A stretch of 64,000 bases of DNA from an uncultured Candidatus Rokubacteria bacterium (GCA_963747235.1 CAVVEU010000024.1:256001-320000), one strand, 5' to 3'; shown: positions 23,487 to 35,743, counted from the first letter of the stretch. A program made the numbers and translations. Notes: a model not told the origin generated them from the sequence alone.

Positions 23487-23747
23487 CTAGGCCTTGACGG
23501 CTCCCGCGGCGGCCCTTGCCCGCGCGAGCAGGTTCTTCACCGTGTTGGAGGGCTGGGCCCCCTTGGCGATCCACGCCTGCGCCTTCTCGACCTCGATCTT
23601 GATCGTCGGCGGGTTCGTGAGCGGGTTGTAGTGCCCGAGCACCTCGATGAACTTGCCGTCCCGCGCCGCGCGCGAGTCCGCCACCACCACGCGGTATGCC
23701 GGCTTCCGCGTCGTTCCCGTCCGTCTCAGCCTGATGTGCACTGCCAC
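23487..23747 (-). CDS. rpsP: 30S ribosomal protein S16
   Basis: MAVHIRLRR, YRVVVADSR, RDGKFIE, GAQPS. Confidence 0.98.
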   Translation of the reverse strand: MAVHIRLRRTGTTRKPAYRVVVADSRAARDGKFIEVLGHYNPLTNPPTIKIEVEKAQAWIAKGAQPSNTVKNLLARARAAAGAVKA

Positions 23748-23793
23748 TGGTCACCTCTCTGTTCGGTTGTCGTGGTCTGCGTCGGTCCGGGGC

Positions 23794-25137
<1,344 letters not shown>

Positions 25138-25177
25138 CGCGTTCTACCGCCAGGGGACAGGTTTGTGGGAACGCTAA

Positions 25178-25206
25178 AGGATACTGACGAGGCAGGAAAA
25201 AGTCAA
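25178..25206 (-). promoter_or_regulatory. Sigma70 promoter of the ffh operon
   Basis: TTGACT-17 nt-TATCCT on the minus strand. Confidence 0.6.
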
Positions 25207-25862
25207 GCCCTTCTCGGTACTTCCGAGGCACTCCGCAAGGCGACCAGCGCGGCGCCCGGATCGGCCGCGCCGAAGATGGCGGAGCCTGCCACCAGCACGG
25301 TGGCCCCGGCCTGCGCCAGGAGCCCGGCATTGTCGGCCTTGACGCCGCCGTCCACCGAGACCAGCACCGGCCGGTCGGCGAGCATCGCGCGGAGGCGGCG
25401 GATCTTCTCGTAGGCGGTGGGGATGAACGACTGGCCGCCGAAGCCCGGATTGACCGACATGACCAGCACCAGGTCCAGGTCGTCCAGCACGTACTGGAGG
25501 ACTTCCGGCGGGGTGGACGGGTTCAGCGCCACCCCCGCGCGGGCCCCGGCCTCGCGGATCAGCGCGAGCGCGCGCTCGAGGTGCGCGCAGGCCTCGGCGT
25601 GCACGGTCACGTAGTCGGCGCCGGCCTTCACGTACGTCTCCACCCAGCGCTCGGGCTCCTCGATCATGAGGTGCACGTCGAGGGGGAGCCGCGTCCGCTT
25701 CCGGATGGACTCGATCACCGGGGGCCCGATGGAGAGATTGGGCACGAAGTGGCCGTCCATCACGTCCACGTGGAGCAGGTCGGCCCCCGCCGTCTCGACC
25801 CGCGCGATGGCCTCGCCCAGCGCGGTGAAGTCGGCGGACAGGATGCTGGGCGCGATCTTCAT
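25203..25862 (-). CDS. rpe: Ribulose-phosphate 3-epimerase
   Basis: IAPSILSADF, HVDVMDGHFVPN, MSVNPGFGGQ. Confidence 0.97.
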   Translation of the reverse strand: MKIAPSILSADFTALGEAIARVETAGADLLHVDVMDGHFVPNLSIGPPVIESIRKRTRLPLDVHLMIEEPERWVETYVKAGADYVTVHAEACAHLERALALIREAGARAGVALNPSTPPEVLQYVLDDLDLVLVMSVNPGFGGQSFIPTAYEKIRRLRAMLADRPVLVSVDGGVKADNAGLLAQAGATVLVAGSAIFGAADPGAALVALRSASEVPRRA

Positions 25863-25906
25863 GATGCGACGACCTTACTCCAAAGAACGGAGGGCCGCAA
25901 AGGGCG

Positions 25907-27266
25907 TCAGGCCCGCGGCAGCCGCATCAGCCGCACCGCGGTGAAGCCGTCGGTCCCGTGGACGTGGGGCAGGCAGCGGATCACGCCGTCTGCGCCGGGC
26001 GCCACCGGGAAGTCGGCGGGCGGATCCACGCGCCAGTCGGGGTGCTCGTCGAGGAAGGCCCGCACGACCGCGTCGTTCTCCTCGGGCTCGAGCGAGCAGG
26101 TGGCGTAGACCAGGCGCCCGCCCGGCTTGGCGAGCCCCGCCGCGGCGGTGAGAATGCCCCGCTGCTTCTCGGCGAGCCGGCCGAGCTCGGCCTCCTCGCG
26201 CTTCCACTTCACGTCGGGATTGCGGCGCAGCACGCCCAGGTTCGAGCAGGGCGCGTCCACCAGCACCCGATCGCAGCGGTTCTTCCAGCGCCCCGACACC
26301 GAGGCCACACCCCCGGCGTGCGCCTCGACGATGGAGACCCCGAGCCGGGATACCGCCTGGGTCAGGAGCCCGAGCCGCCCCGCGTGCGGATCCATGGCGA
26401 TGATGCGCCCGCGATTGCCCATCAGCTGGGCCATGTGGGTGGTCTTGGTCCCGGGCGCGGCGCAGGTGTCCGCGACCAGCTCGCCCGGCTGCGGATCGAG
26501 CAGGCGCGCGATCAGCATGGACGCCTCGTCCTGGATCGCGCACCAGCCGGCCGCGAAGGCGGCCCACCGGCCGATGCCGCCCCGGCGCACCGTGAGGCCC
26601 TCCGGCGCGAGCGACGTGAGATCGGTATCGGCCAGCTCCTCGTCGCGGAGACGGGTCGCGAGGTCTTCCCGCGAGATGCGGAGGGTGTTCGCGCGGATGG
26701 TCACGGGCGGGCGCTCGTTCGAGGCCTTGCATGAGCCGCTCCGCCTCCTCCAGGCCGTAGCGGGCGATCCAGCGCGCGGCCATCCAGTCCGGGAACGACC
26801 AGCGGATCGCGGCCGCCTCGACCGGATCGGCGGGCAGCCGGGGCGGGGCCGGCGCCCGCGTGAACGCCCGCAGCACCGCGTTGACGAACTCCGCGGGCCC
26901 CGGGTTGCGGGACTTGAGCCGCGCGATGCTCACCGCCTCGTCCACCGCGGCCCACCGCGGCACGCGATCGAGGAACAGGAGCTGGTACGCGGTGAGGCGC
27001 AGCACCGCGCGCACCCAGGGGTCGAGCTTGGCGAGCGGGCGGTTGAGATGCGGGGTGAGGCGCCAGTCGAGGTGCCGCCGCCAGCGCAGCGTGCCGTAGA
27101 CGATCTCGGTGCAGAGCCCCGCGTCGCGGGCGTCGAGGTGCGCGCGATCGAGCGCGGCGTCGAGCGCGAGATCGGCGAAGGCGCGGTCCCGCTCCACGCG
27201 GACCAGGATGTGGAGCGCCTCGTATCGCGCCTGGGAGACCGGGCCCGCCTTGAGAATCGGGCTCAC
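25907..27266 (-). CDS. rsmB: 16S rRNA m5C967 methyltransferase RsmB (frameshift near 26722)
   Basis: NusB-like N-domain, QDEAS, CAAPGTKT, DAPCSNLG, YATCSL. Confidence 0.92.
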
Positions 27267-28195
27267 GGGGCGGGCTCCGTCACGCGCGCCCCCGCCGACA
27301 GGCGGGCGCCGCGGAGGAAATCGGCCCACCGCATCGCCTTGCGATTCTCCGGCTGGACGTCGAGTGGGAGGAGCAGGCCGTCGCCGGTGGCGATGGCGAG
27401 GCCTCCGTCAGACGAGACGAGGGTGCCGGCGGGCGCGGTGAGGCCGGGCGCGGCCACCGCGGTCGCGCGCCAGACCAGGAGCCGGCCGGCCGGCGTGACG
27501 AGCGCGGCCCCCGGCCACGGGTTGCAGCCGCGCACGCGGTTGACGAGATCGCGCGCGGGCTCGGCCGGGCGCAGCCAGCCGTCTTCCTTCTTGAGCCGCG
27601 GAGCGAGCGTGGCCTTCGCGTGATCCTGCGGGACGCGCGGCAGCGTGTCGATGCCGTCGAGCGTCCGCAGCAGGAGCCGCGCGCCGATCTCCGCCATCCG
27701 CGTGGAGAGCTCGCCGGCGGTTTCCTCGGGGCCGATCGGCGTCGCCTCGGTCAGGAGCATGTCGCCGGTGTCCATCCCGGGGTCCATCTGGAAGGTGGTG
27801 ATGCCGGTCTCCGTCTCGCCGCGCATGATCGCCCAGGCGATCGGCGCCGCGCCCGCGGTAGCGCGGCAGCACCGAGCCGTGGACGTTGATGGAGCCGTGG
27901 ACCGGCACGTCGAGCACCGCCTTGGGCAGGATCTGGCCGAAGGCGGCGACCACCGCCACGTCGGGCCGGTACTCGGCCAGGCGCTCCGGCCAGCCCGCAT
28001 CGCGGAGCCGTGGCGGCTGCAGCACCGGGACGGAGGCCGCGAGCGCACGCTGCTTCACGGGGAGGGCGTCACCGCACGACCGCGGCCCGCCGGCTTGTCG
28101 GGCTGGGTGATCACCGCCACCACCTGGTGGCGCGCCAGCAGAGCCTCGAGCGTGGGCAGGGCGAAGGCCGGCGTGCCGTAGAACAGGACGCGCAG
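27263..28195 (-). CDS. fmt: Methionyl-tRNA formyltransferase (frameshifted; start approximate)
   Basis: [33 protein letters not shown] over several frames. Confidence 0.9.
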
Positions 28196-28205
28196 CCGGG
28201 ACTCG

Positions 28206-28728
28206 CTAGAGCGCGAAGGCGTGGTTCCCCGTCTCCTTGGGGAAGCCTTCCTTCTGGATCTTCTTCTTGATGCGGTCCCGTGTCACCGGGGGCAGCCGGT
28301 CGATGAACAGGACACCGTCGAGGTGATCCAGCTCGTGCTGGACGATCCGGGCCTTGAGCCCGGTGGCCTCGAGCGAGACGGGCTTGCCGTCCGCGTCCAT
28401 GCGCCGTCACCGTGATCGTCTTGCTGCGCTCGACCACGCCGAAGACGCCCGGGAGCGAGAGGCAGCCCTCTTCCTCGCGGATCGTCCCGCTGCGGGTCTC
28501 GATCTCCGGATTGATCAGGGCCTGCGCGCCGCCCTTGCCGTCGTCCATCACGAGAATGCGGTGCGGCAGGCCGACCTGGGGCGCGGCCAGCCCGATGCCG
28601 ACCTGGTGCCACATGGTCTCGGTCATGTCGGCGATGATCCGCTTGATCTCGGCGGTGATCTCGCGCACCGGGGTGGCCACCTGACGCAGGACCGGGTCGC
28701 CGTAGAGCCTCACCGTGAGCAATGCCAC
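28206..28728 (-). CDS. def: Peptide deformylase (frameshift near 28401)
   Basis: [24 protein letters not shown]. Confidence 0.95.
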
Positions 28729-28757
28729 TGTTCCGTCTCCTCTCTGGGTCCCGTCGC

Positions 28758-30524
28758 TCAGCCGTTGGACTGCGGATCCATCTCTACTTCTACCATACCG
28801 CTCGCGCGCCGTCGCCGCCCGAGGAAGGGCGCGAGCGCCGGCGCCAGCAGGCGCGGCAGCTCGGCGGGCCCCTTGATCACGAAGCGCCACCGACTGTTGC
28901 GCCCGCGCGGGGGCGTCACCGAGGCGGGCGGATAGACCGTGAGGCCCGCGATACCCCGGAGGGCCGCCGCGCACTCGGTGACGAGGGCCCGCACCGGGCC
29001 GTCCTCCCGGCCGCGGGCCGACACCTCGGCGAGCCGGCGGTAGGGCGGGTAGCCCAGCTCCGCCCGGAACTTGAGCTCCTCCTCGTAGAAGCTCGCGCGA
29101 TCCTGCGCCTGCACGGCCCGGATCGCATAGTGCTCGGGGTGCTGCGTCTGGATCACGAGGCGCCCGCCCGGCGTCACCGATTCCGCGGCCGCCCACAGGA
29201 GCTGCCAGGTCCGCTCGCCCGCGCGGAAATCCGGCACGCGCAGCAGCCCGTCGAGGGCGACGAAGCCGACGCAGCCCACGGAGCGCCGGGGCAGCGCGCG
29301 GAGCAGCGCGGGCGTGCCGATCAGCACCTGCGCCTCGAGGCTCTGGCGCGAGACGGTCAGCCGGGGAAAGCGCCGCGCGACCGAGGTCTGGACGCGCTCC
29401 GGATCCCAGCCGAACGGGGAGAGCCGGTGGCCGCCGCACGCCGGACAGTGATCGGGCGGCGTGTCGGCGCGCGCGCACAGCGGGCAGCGCAGCGCGCTCC
29501 GGTCGCGCGCGAGCGCGAGGGCCACGCCGCAGTCGGGGCAGCGCAGGACGGCGCCGCACTCGTCGCAGGCCAGCGCGGACGTCCGGCGGCTGACGATGAG
29601 GACGGCGCGGCGGCCCTGCCGCGACATGTCCTCGATGGCGCGGGTCAACGGCAGCGTGAGCGGATGGTTCCGGAGGATGCCGCGGGTGTCGGCGGTGATG
29701 ACCTCGGGCCAGGCCGCGGGCGGCGCGTCCGGCCGGACGATCCGGCCCTGCCGCGCGTGCCACCAGCTCTCGGCGGACGGCGTGGCGGAGAGCAGGAGCA
29801 GGCGGCTGCCGTCGAGCTCGGCCCGCCGCAGCAGCAGGTCGCGCGAATGCAGCCGCGGCGCGCCCGGCGGCTTGTGGGCCGGATCGTGCTCGTCGATCAG
29901 GGCCAGCATCGCGGGCGGCGGCAGCGGGGTCAGCAGCGCGGAGCGGGTGCCGACCACGACCCGGCTGCGCCCGCGGGAGGCCGCGAACCAGGCCCGGCGG
30001 CGCTCCGCCTCCGAGACGCCGCTGTCGAGCCGGGGGGCGTCGAGCCGCTGCGCCCAGCGCGCGGCCGCCTCGCGATCCGGCGCGATGAGGAGCGCGGCGC
30101 CGGGCTCGCGCTCCAGGCACTCCACGAGCCGGTCCTCGCGCCGCTCGTCCGTCCAGAGCTCCGGCGCGCGCGGCGGGCTCGGCGCGGGTGCGGCGGGCGG
30201 CGACACCGTCTCGGCCGCGCCGCCGCGCGGGGGCGGCGGCAGCAGGGACAGAAGCGTCGAGCCCCACGACGACAGGCTCTCGCCCGCGGCCCAGCGTCCC
30301 AGCTCGAGCGCGGCTTCCGAGAGCACGGGCACCGGCTCCACCGCGCGCTGCAGCGGCTTCAGCCCGCCCGCATCGCCCTCGCGGAGCCCGACCACCACGC
30401 CCACCCGCGCCCGCCCCTGGAGCGGCGCACTGACCCGCTGCCCCCGCCCAACCACGAGTCCAGACGGAACGACATAAGAGAACGCGTGATCGATCGGAAT
30501 ATCAAAGACGACGTCTGCGATCAA
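28758..30524 (-). CDS. priA: Primosomal protein N' (short PriA lacking Walker A)
   Basis: 3'-DNA-binding N-domain, VVGTRSA, four CxxC pairs, PDFRAGERTWQ, VIQT, LGYPPY; located before def. Confidence 0.88.
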   Translation of the reverse strand: MIADVVFDIPIDHAFSYVVPSGLVVGRGQRVSAPLQGRARVGVVVGLREGDAGGLKPLQRAVEPVPVLSEAALELGRWAAGESLSSWGSTLLSLLPPPPRGGAAETVSPPAAPAPSPPRAPELWTDERREDRLVECLEREPGAALLIAPDREAAARWAQRLDAPRLDSGVSEAERRRAWFAASRGRSRVVVGTRSALLTPLPPPAMLALIDEHDPAHKPPGAPRLHSRDLLLRRAELDGSRLLLLSATPSAESWWHARQGRIVRPDAPPAAWPEVITADTRGILRNHPLTLPLTRAIEDMSRQGRRAVLIVSRRTSALACDECGAVLRCPDCGVALALARDRSALRCPLCARADTPPDHCPACGGHRLSPFGWDPERVQTSVARRFPRLTVSRQSLEAQVLIGTPALLRALPRRSVGCVGFVALDGLLRVPDFRAGERTWQLLWAAAESVTPGGRLVIQTQHPEHYAIRAVQAQDRASFYEEELKFRAELGYPPYRRLAEVSARGREDGPVRALVTECAAALRGIAGLTVYPPASVTPPRGRNSRWRFVIKGPAELPRLLAPALAPFLGRRRRASGMVEVEMDPQSNG

Positions 30525-30537
30525 GCGAGGCTGGACG

Positions 30538-30589
30538 ACGTGTGTCCGCCGACTGGGGGAGTGCGGGGGCCATGTCTGGGCCCCCGCAT
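30538..30589 (+). repeat. REP-like palindromic repeat family A, copy 1
   Basis: ACGTGTGTCCGCCGACTGGGGGAGTGCGGGGGCCATGTCTGGGCCCCCGCAT. Confidence 0.85.
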
Positions 30590-30646
30590 ATGGAGAGCCT
30601 GAAGAACCAAACGAGTGTCCGCGGAACACGAGTGTCCGGCCAAGCG

Positions 30647-31345
30647 CTACCGCGAACCGTCGCCGGACCGCGCGTCGTACTCCCGCCGCGCCAGCTTGAG
30701 ATCGTCCCAGGCCATGCGCCGGAATTCCGGGCCGGGATTGCGCAGCAGGAAGGCGGGATGGAAGGTGGGCACGAGCACGCTCGCCCGGTACTGGTACGTC
30801 TTCCCGCGCAGCCGCGTGATGCCTTCCTTGGTCCCGAGCAGGGTCTGCGCCGCGAAGTTGCCGAGGGCCAGGATCACGTGCGGGCCGATCGTGTCGATCT
30901 GGGCCATCAGGAACGGGCTGCAGGCCGCGACCTCGTCGGGCTCCGGGTTGCGGTTGCGCTCGGGCCGGCACTTCACCACGTTGGCGATGTAGCAATCGCG
31001 CTCGCGGTCGAACCCGACCGAGGCCAGCATCTTGGTCAGGAGCTGGCCGGCGCGCCCCACGAAGGGCAGCCCCTGCTTGTCCTCCTCCTCGCCGGGGCCC
31101 TCGCCCACCACCATGAGCCGCGCCCGCGCATTGCCCGAGCCGAACGCGACGTTCGTGCGGCTCTTGCAGAGCTTGCAGAGCTGGCAGCCCTGGCGCGCGC
31201 GCTCCTGCTCGCGCAGGGCGTCGGCGGGATCGGGGAACGGCACGCCGGCGAGCGCGAGGTCGCGCAGGCCGAGATCGCGGTGGTGGCGGAGGGTGTCGGC
31301 CAGCCCGCGCAGGGCCAGGGCCACGGCCTCCCGCGCGTCGCTCAT
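30647..31345 (-). CDS. udg: Uracil-DNA glycosylase family 4
   Basis: CxxCxL Fe-S ligands, GEGPG, NVVKCRP, TFHPAFLLR. Confidence 0.93.
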   Translation of the reverse strand: MSDAREAVALALRGLADTLRHHRDLGLRDLALAGVPFPDPADALREQERARQGCQLCKLCKSRTNVAFGSGNARARLMVVGEGPGEEEDKQGLPFVGRAGQLLTKMLASVGFDRERDCYIANVVKCRPERNRNPEPDEVAACSPFLMAQIDTIGPHVILALGNFAAQTLLGTKEGITRLRGKTYQYRASVLVPTFHPAFLLRNPGPEFRRMAWDDLKLARREYDARSGDGSR

Positions 31346-31349
31346 CGGG

Positions 31350-32585
31350 CTAGCGAGTGGCGCGGTTGGAGGCGGGGGAGCGATCGGCCGCGCGCAGCCC
31401 GACCACGCGGTCGAGGATGGCGTCGGCGACGTCAAGCTTGCTCATCTTGGGCAGATCCATCGCGCCGCCCCAGCGGTCGAGCAGCGTGACCTGATTGTCG
31501 TCGGCGTCGAAGCCGATGCCCTTCACGCTGACGTCGTTGGCCACGAGGAGATCCACGCCCTTGGCCCGGAGCTTGGCGGCCGCGTTGGCCCGCACGTCGT
31601 TGGTCTCGGCCGCGAAGCCCACCAGGAACGCGCGGCCCTTGCGGGCGGCCAGCTCCTTCAGGATGTCGGGATTGGGCGCGAGATCGAGCGTGAGGCCCTC
31701 GTCCTTGCGCGACTTGATCTTGGTCGCGCTCGGCTGCTTGACGCGGTAGTCGGCCACCGCCGCCGCCTTGATGACGATGGTGGCGCGCTCGAGGTGCTGG
31801 AGCGCGGCCTCGCGCATGTCCTCCGCGGTCTGCACCGGCACGTACACCGCGCCGGCGGGCGGGGTCAGCGTGGTGGGCCCGGAGATCAGGATCACCTCGG
31901 CGCCGCGGCGCAGCGCGGCCGTCGCGACCGCCTGGCCCATCTTCCCGGAGGAGCGATTCGAGATGTAGCGCACCGGATCGATCGGCTCGCGCGTCGGGCC
32001 CGACGTCACCAGCACCCGCTCGCCGGCCAGGTCGCGCCGCGGGGCCAGGAGGCGCTCGAGCGCCTCGAGGATGGCGTCGGCCTCCGGCAGCCGGCCCCGG
32101 CCCGAGAGCCCGGAGGCGAGCGCGCCCGCGTCGGGCTCCAGCACGACGACTCCGCGCCCACGGAGGGTCGCCACGTTCGCGGTCACCGCCGCGTGATCCC
32201 ACATGCCGCCGTCCATCGCGGGGGCCATCAGCACCGGGCACCGGGCGGCGAGCAGGAGCGTGGTGAGGAAATCGTCGGCGATGCCGTGGGCGGCCTTGGC
32301 CAGGAGATTGGCGGTGGCGGGGGCCACGATGAGGGCGTGAGCCCGCTCGGCCAGCGCGACGTGCTCGACCGCCTCCGCGCTCTGGGGATCGAAGAGATCG
32401 GAGAGCACCGGCCGGCCGGACAGCGTGCGGAACGTGAGGGCGCCCACGAAGCGCTCGGCGTGCGCGGTGGTGACCACCGTGACCTGCGCGCCCGCGCGCG
32501 TCAGCTCGCGCAGCAGGAAGACCGCCTTGTAGGCGGCGATGCTGCCGGTGACGCCTAGGATCAGCTCTTTGTTGTGGAGGGTCAT
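31350..32585 (-). CDS. coaBC: Bifunctional phosphopantothenoylcysteine decarboxylase/ligase
   Basis: GVTGSIAAYK, APATAN, DPVRYISNRSSGKMG, GFAAET. Confidence 0.97.
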   Translation of the reverse strand: MTLHNKELILGVTGSIAAYKAVFLLRELTRAGAQVTVVTTAHAERFVGALTFRTLSGRPVLSDLFDPQSAEAVEHVALAERAHALIVAPATANLLAKAAHGIADDFLTTLLLAARCPVLMAPAMDGGMWDHAAVTANVATLRGRGVVVLEPDAGALASGLSGRGRLPEADAILEALERLLAPRRDLAGERVLVTSGPTREPIDPVRYISNRSSGKMGQAVATAALRRGAEVILISGPTTLTPPAGAVYVPVQTAEDMREAALQHLERATIVIKAAAVADYRVKQPSATKIKSRKDEGLTLDLAPNPDILKELAARKGRAFLVGFAAETNDVRANAAAKLRAKGVDLLVANDVSVKGIGFDADDNQVTLLDRWGGAMDLPKMSKLDVADAILDRVVGLRAADRSPASNRATR

Positions 32586-32643
32586 GGGTGCGCCCGTTTT
32601 ACCGTACGCCTCGCTTACGGTTTAAATCTTTAGGCTCTATTGA

Positions 32644-32698
32644 ATGCGGGGGCCTAGAAATGGCCCCCGCACTTCCCCCAGTCTGCGGACACTCGTTT
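32644..32698 (-). repeat. REP-like repeat family A, copy 2
   Basis: Reverse complement AAACGAGTGTCCGCAGACTGGGGGAAGTGCGGGGGCCATTTCTAGGCCCCCGCAT. Confidence 0.85.
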
Positions 32699-32738
32699 CA
32701 GACTTGTCTGTCTTGCTCGGTCTTGTTCTGGTCTCGCT

Positions 32739-32951
32739 TCAGGCCTTCGGTGCGTCTTCTTCCTTCACTCTGTATCCGACTCTCGATTCGGCGATCTCTT
32801 CGAGGGCGTTGCTGGTCGGCTTCTTGTGGCGGCTCTCGACCTGGGACTTGGCGCCGCGGTTGAGCTGGCGCGCGCGCTTGGCCGCGAGCACCACCAGCAT
32901 GTAGCGGTTGGAGACGTTGTCCAGGGACTTTTCCAGCGATGGGAACGACAT
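32739..32951 (-). CDS. rpoZ: RNA polymerase omega subunit
   Basis: NRYMLVVLAAKRARQL, KPTSNALEEI; follows gmk. Confidence 0.95.
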   Translation of the reverse strand: MSFPSLEKSLDNVSNRYMLVVLAAKRARQLNRGAKSQVESRHKKPTSNALEEIAESRVGYRVKEEDAPKA

Positions 32952-33571
32952 CAAGCGGGTACCTCCATGTCGGGGAATCTGAGGGTCAGTCGGCTCGTGC
33001 GGCAGCGCTCGGCCTGGATGATGGTCGCGAGCTGGTCCACCGCGTCCTTCACGTCACGGTTGATGATGAGGTAGTCGTACTGGCGCCACGCCGCGATCTC
33101 TTCCCGGGCGCGGCTCAGCCGGCGCGCGATGTCGCCGGCGGAATCGCTCTTGCGCTCGCGCAGCCGGGCTTCGAGCTCGGCCATCGAGGGCGCCATGATG
33201 AAGACCGATACCGCCTCCGGGTAGCGCTGGCGAAGCTGCCGCGCGCCGTGGGTGTCGATGTCGAGCAGCACGTCGAGGCCGCGGCTCAGCGCGCCCTCGA
33301 GGGCCTTGGCCGGCGTGCCGTAGTGGTGGCCGTGCACCTGGGCCCACTCCGCGAACTCGTCGCGGCCGCGCATGGCGGTGAACTGGCCCTCGGAGACGAA
33401 GAAGAAGTCGGTGCCCTCCTTCTCTCCGGGGCGCGGATCGCGCGTGGTGTAGGAGACGGAGTAGTAGAGCTCGGGCACGAGCGAGCGCACCTCGTGGCAG
33501 AGCGTGGTCTTGCCCGCCCCCGACGGGGCCGACACCACCACCAGCGTGCCGCGCCGCTTGATCAGCTGCAT
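32951..33571 (-). CDS. gmk: Guanylate kinase
   Basis: SAPSGAGKTT, TTRDPRPGE, YGTP. Confidence 0.97.
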   Translation of the reverse strand: MQLIKRRGTLVVVSAPSGAGKTTLCHEVRSLVPELYYSVSYTTRDPRPGEKEGTDFFFVSEGQFTAMRGRDEFAEWAQVHGHHYGTPAKALEGALSRGLDVLLDIDTHGARQLRQRYPEAVSVFIMAPSMAELEARLRERKSDSAGDIARRLSRAREEIAAWRQYDYLIINRDVKDAVDQLATIIQAERCRTSRLTLRFPDMEVPA

Positions 33572-33583
33572 GAGAGGTTCGAG

Positions 33584-34468
33584 TTATTCAAGATTCGCCA
33601 CCTGCTCGCGCATCTTCTCGAGCGTGGACTTGGCCGCGATCACCGCCTGGGAGATCTCCAGATCGTCCGCCTTGGAGCCGATGGTGTTCACCTCGCGGTT
33701 GATCTCCTGGATGAGGAAGTCGAGCGTGCGGCCCACCTGGCCGTCGCCCGCCAGCAGGGTGCCGAGCTGGGCCAGGTGGGCCCGCAGGCGCGCCAGCTCC
33801 TCGCTCACGTCGGTCTTGTCGGCCCACACCGCGACCTCGGTGGCGAGCCGCGACTGGTCGATCTCCGCGCCCGCCAGCATCGCCTGCATCCGCTCGCGGA
33901 GGCGGGTGGCCCGCCGCTCGACGGCCATCGGAGCCCGCTGGGCCACCGTGTCCACGTGGGCGGCCAGCGTCGCGCCGAGGCCAGACAGCTCCTGGCCGAG
34001 CGCGCGGCCCTCGGTCTCGCGGCGCTCCACCAGCTCCATCAGCGCGCCGCTGAGCGCTCGCTCGAGCAGCGGCCACGCCTCCTCGGCGGACAGCGGCGCC
34101 TGCTCCTCGCGCGTCAGCACGCCCGACTGGCCCATCACCCAGCCGAGCGATGGTCCGTCTCCCAGATCCAGGGCCGCGGCGAGCGTGCGGGCGGCTTCGG
34201 CGTACTCCTTGGCCTGGGCCAGGTTGACGGTGAGCGGATTCAGCACGGTGCCCTCGGGTGCGGTCACCGTCGCGCTCACGTCCACGCGGCCGCGCTGCAC
34301 CGCCGCCTGGATCAGCCGGCGCGCGTCCGCTTCGAAGGCGCCCAGGACCCGGGGCAGCTTGAGGGAGACGTCGAGGTGCCGGTGGTTCACCGACTTGCAC
34401 TCGACGGAGAGGATGGTGCGCGCGCCCGCCGCCTCCGCCCGCCCATAGCCGGTCATGCTGCGGATCAT
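33584..34468 (-). CDS. yicC: YicC/YloC family endoribonuclease
   Basis: MIRSMTGYG, SVNHR, GRTLDFLIQEINREVNTIGSK, REQVANLE. Confidence 0.95.
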   Translation of the reverse strand: MIRSMTGYGRAEAAGARTILSVECKSVNHRHLDVSLKLPRVLGAFEADARRLIQAAVQRGRVDVSATVTAPEGTVLNPLTVNLAQAKEYAEAARTLAAALDLGDGPSLGWVMGQSGVLTREEQAPLSAEEAWPLLERALSGALMELVERRETEGRALGQELSGLGATLAAHVDTVAQRAPMAVERRATRLRERMQAMLAGAEIDQSRLATEVAVWADKTDVSEELARLRAHLAQLGTLLAGDGQVGRTLDFLIQEINREVNTIGSKADDLEISQAVIAAKSTLEKMREQVANLE

Positions 34469-34528
34469 CGCTCGCTCGAAGGCTCGGAGGTGGTGGTGAG
34501 GGGGAACTCCCGCGCTGCCATCCCGGGA

Positions 34529-34608
34529 ACGATAGCCCAAAAAACCTTATGTGTCAATGTCTTTGGGCCAATCAAGCGTTGACAGCCCGGGCTGCCGGCA
34601 TGTAGAGT
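34529..34608. promoter_or_regulatory. Divergent sigma70 promoters for yicC and the ABC transporter
   Basis: Minus strand TTGACA-17-TATCGT (34557-34529); plus strand TTGACA-18-TAGAGT (34579-34608). Confidence 0.6.
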
Positions 34609-34647
34609 TCCTGGCAGTTTTCTCGCAGTTTTCCCAAGGAGGGGACC

Positions 34648-35743
34648 ATGGCGGAGCAGCCGCAGCCGGCGCCCTGGACGCGCCGGGAGTTCTTGAAAGG
34701 TACCGGCGGTGGCGGGCGGTCTGGCGGTCGGGGGGGCCCGGTCGGGGCCGGCCTGGGCCCAGGGTCTGAAGAGCATCTCGGCCTCGCACAGCGTTTCCAC
34801 CTTCGTCTACGGCCAGCACCTGGTGGCCGCGCAGAAGAAGCTCTTCGAGGAGGAAGGGGTCAAGACGCCGGACTTCGTGGTGCCCGGCGGCGGGGCCAAG
34901 GTCGTGCAGGCGCTGGCCGCGGGCCAGGTCCTGTTCGCGCTCGGCGACTCCAACCACCCGCTCAAGATCACCGAGAAGGGCAAGGACGCGCTGATGGTCT
35001 TCGCCACCGACACGCGCTGCTCCTACGCCAACATCGTGGTGCGCAAGGAGCTGTGGGACAAGGGCGTGAAGACCGTCGAGGCGCTCGCCGACCAGAAGCT
35101 GGTGGGCCGCAAGGCGGTGGTCGCGGCCACCGCGATCGGCTCCGGCACCTACGTCTACGGGGTGTACGTGCTGCAGAACCTCAAGGGCGGGGACGGCAAG
35201 CCGGTGAACGACCACGTCGAATGGGTGGGCGGGGGCGCCTCGACCACCATGCTCGGCGGCCTCAAGGCCGGCAAGTTCGACGCGATCATGGCGGTGCCGG
35301 AGTGGCAGGCGGCCGCGGTGGAGGAAGGCTTCGGCAAGCCGCTCTACGATATCCAGGACGAGAAGGCGTGGAACCGCGTCTTCGGCGGGCCCATCCCGGT
35401 CACGGTGGGCTACGTCCTGAAGGAGACCATCGAGAAGTCGCCCGATCTCGTGCAGGCCTACGTCAACGCCTGCTACCGCGCGCAGCAGTGGATCCGCCGC
35501 GCCAAGGACGACGAGGTCGTCGACCTGCTCTGGAAGCCGTACATGGACACCTTCAAGCGCGAGGTGGTGCTGGAGTCCGTCCGCTACTATCGGACGATCT
35601 TCGACTGGGACTTCATCATCGAGGAGCGAGACTACGAGCGCGGCATGAAGGTGTGGGTGCCCACCGCGGTGGAGAAGCCGATCCCGTACAAGCAGGCGGT
35701 GGACATGAGCTTCGTCAAGAAGGCGCAGGCCAAGTACAAGTAA
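34648..35743 (+). CDS. NitT/TauT-type ABC substrate-binding protein with Tat signal (frameshift near 34708)
   Basis: WTRREFLK leader, GGGAKVVQALAAGQV, NMT1-like fold; AAGGAGG RBS. Confidence 0.85.

Noticed and set aside
23478-23487. Absence of a KH-domain gene between rpsP and rimM
   Set aside because: Direct rpsP-rimM adjacency is common in many bacteria.
27263-28728. def and fmt as pseudogenes or programmed frameshifts
   Set aside because: Catalytic motifs are intact, no slippery sites are evident, and the same indel pattern occurs throughout the window.
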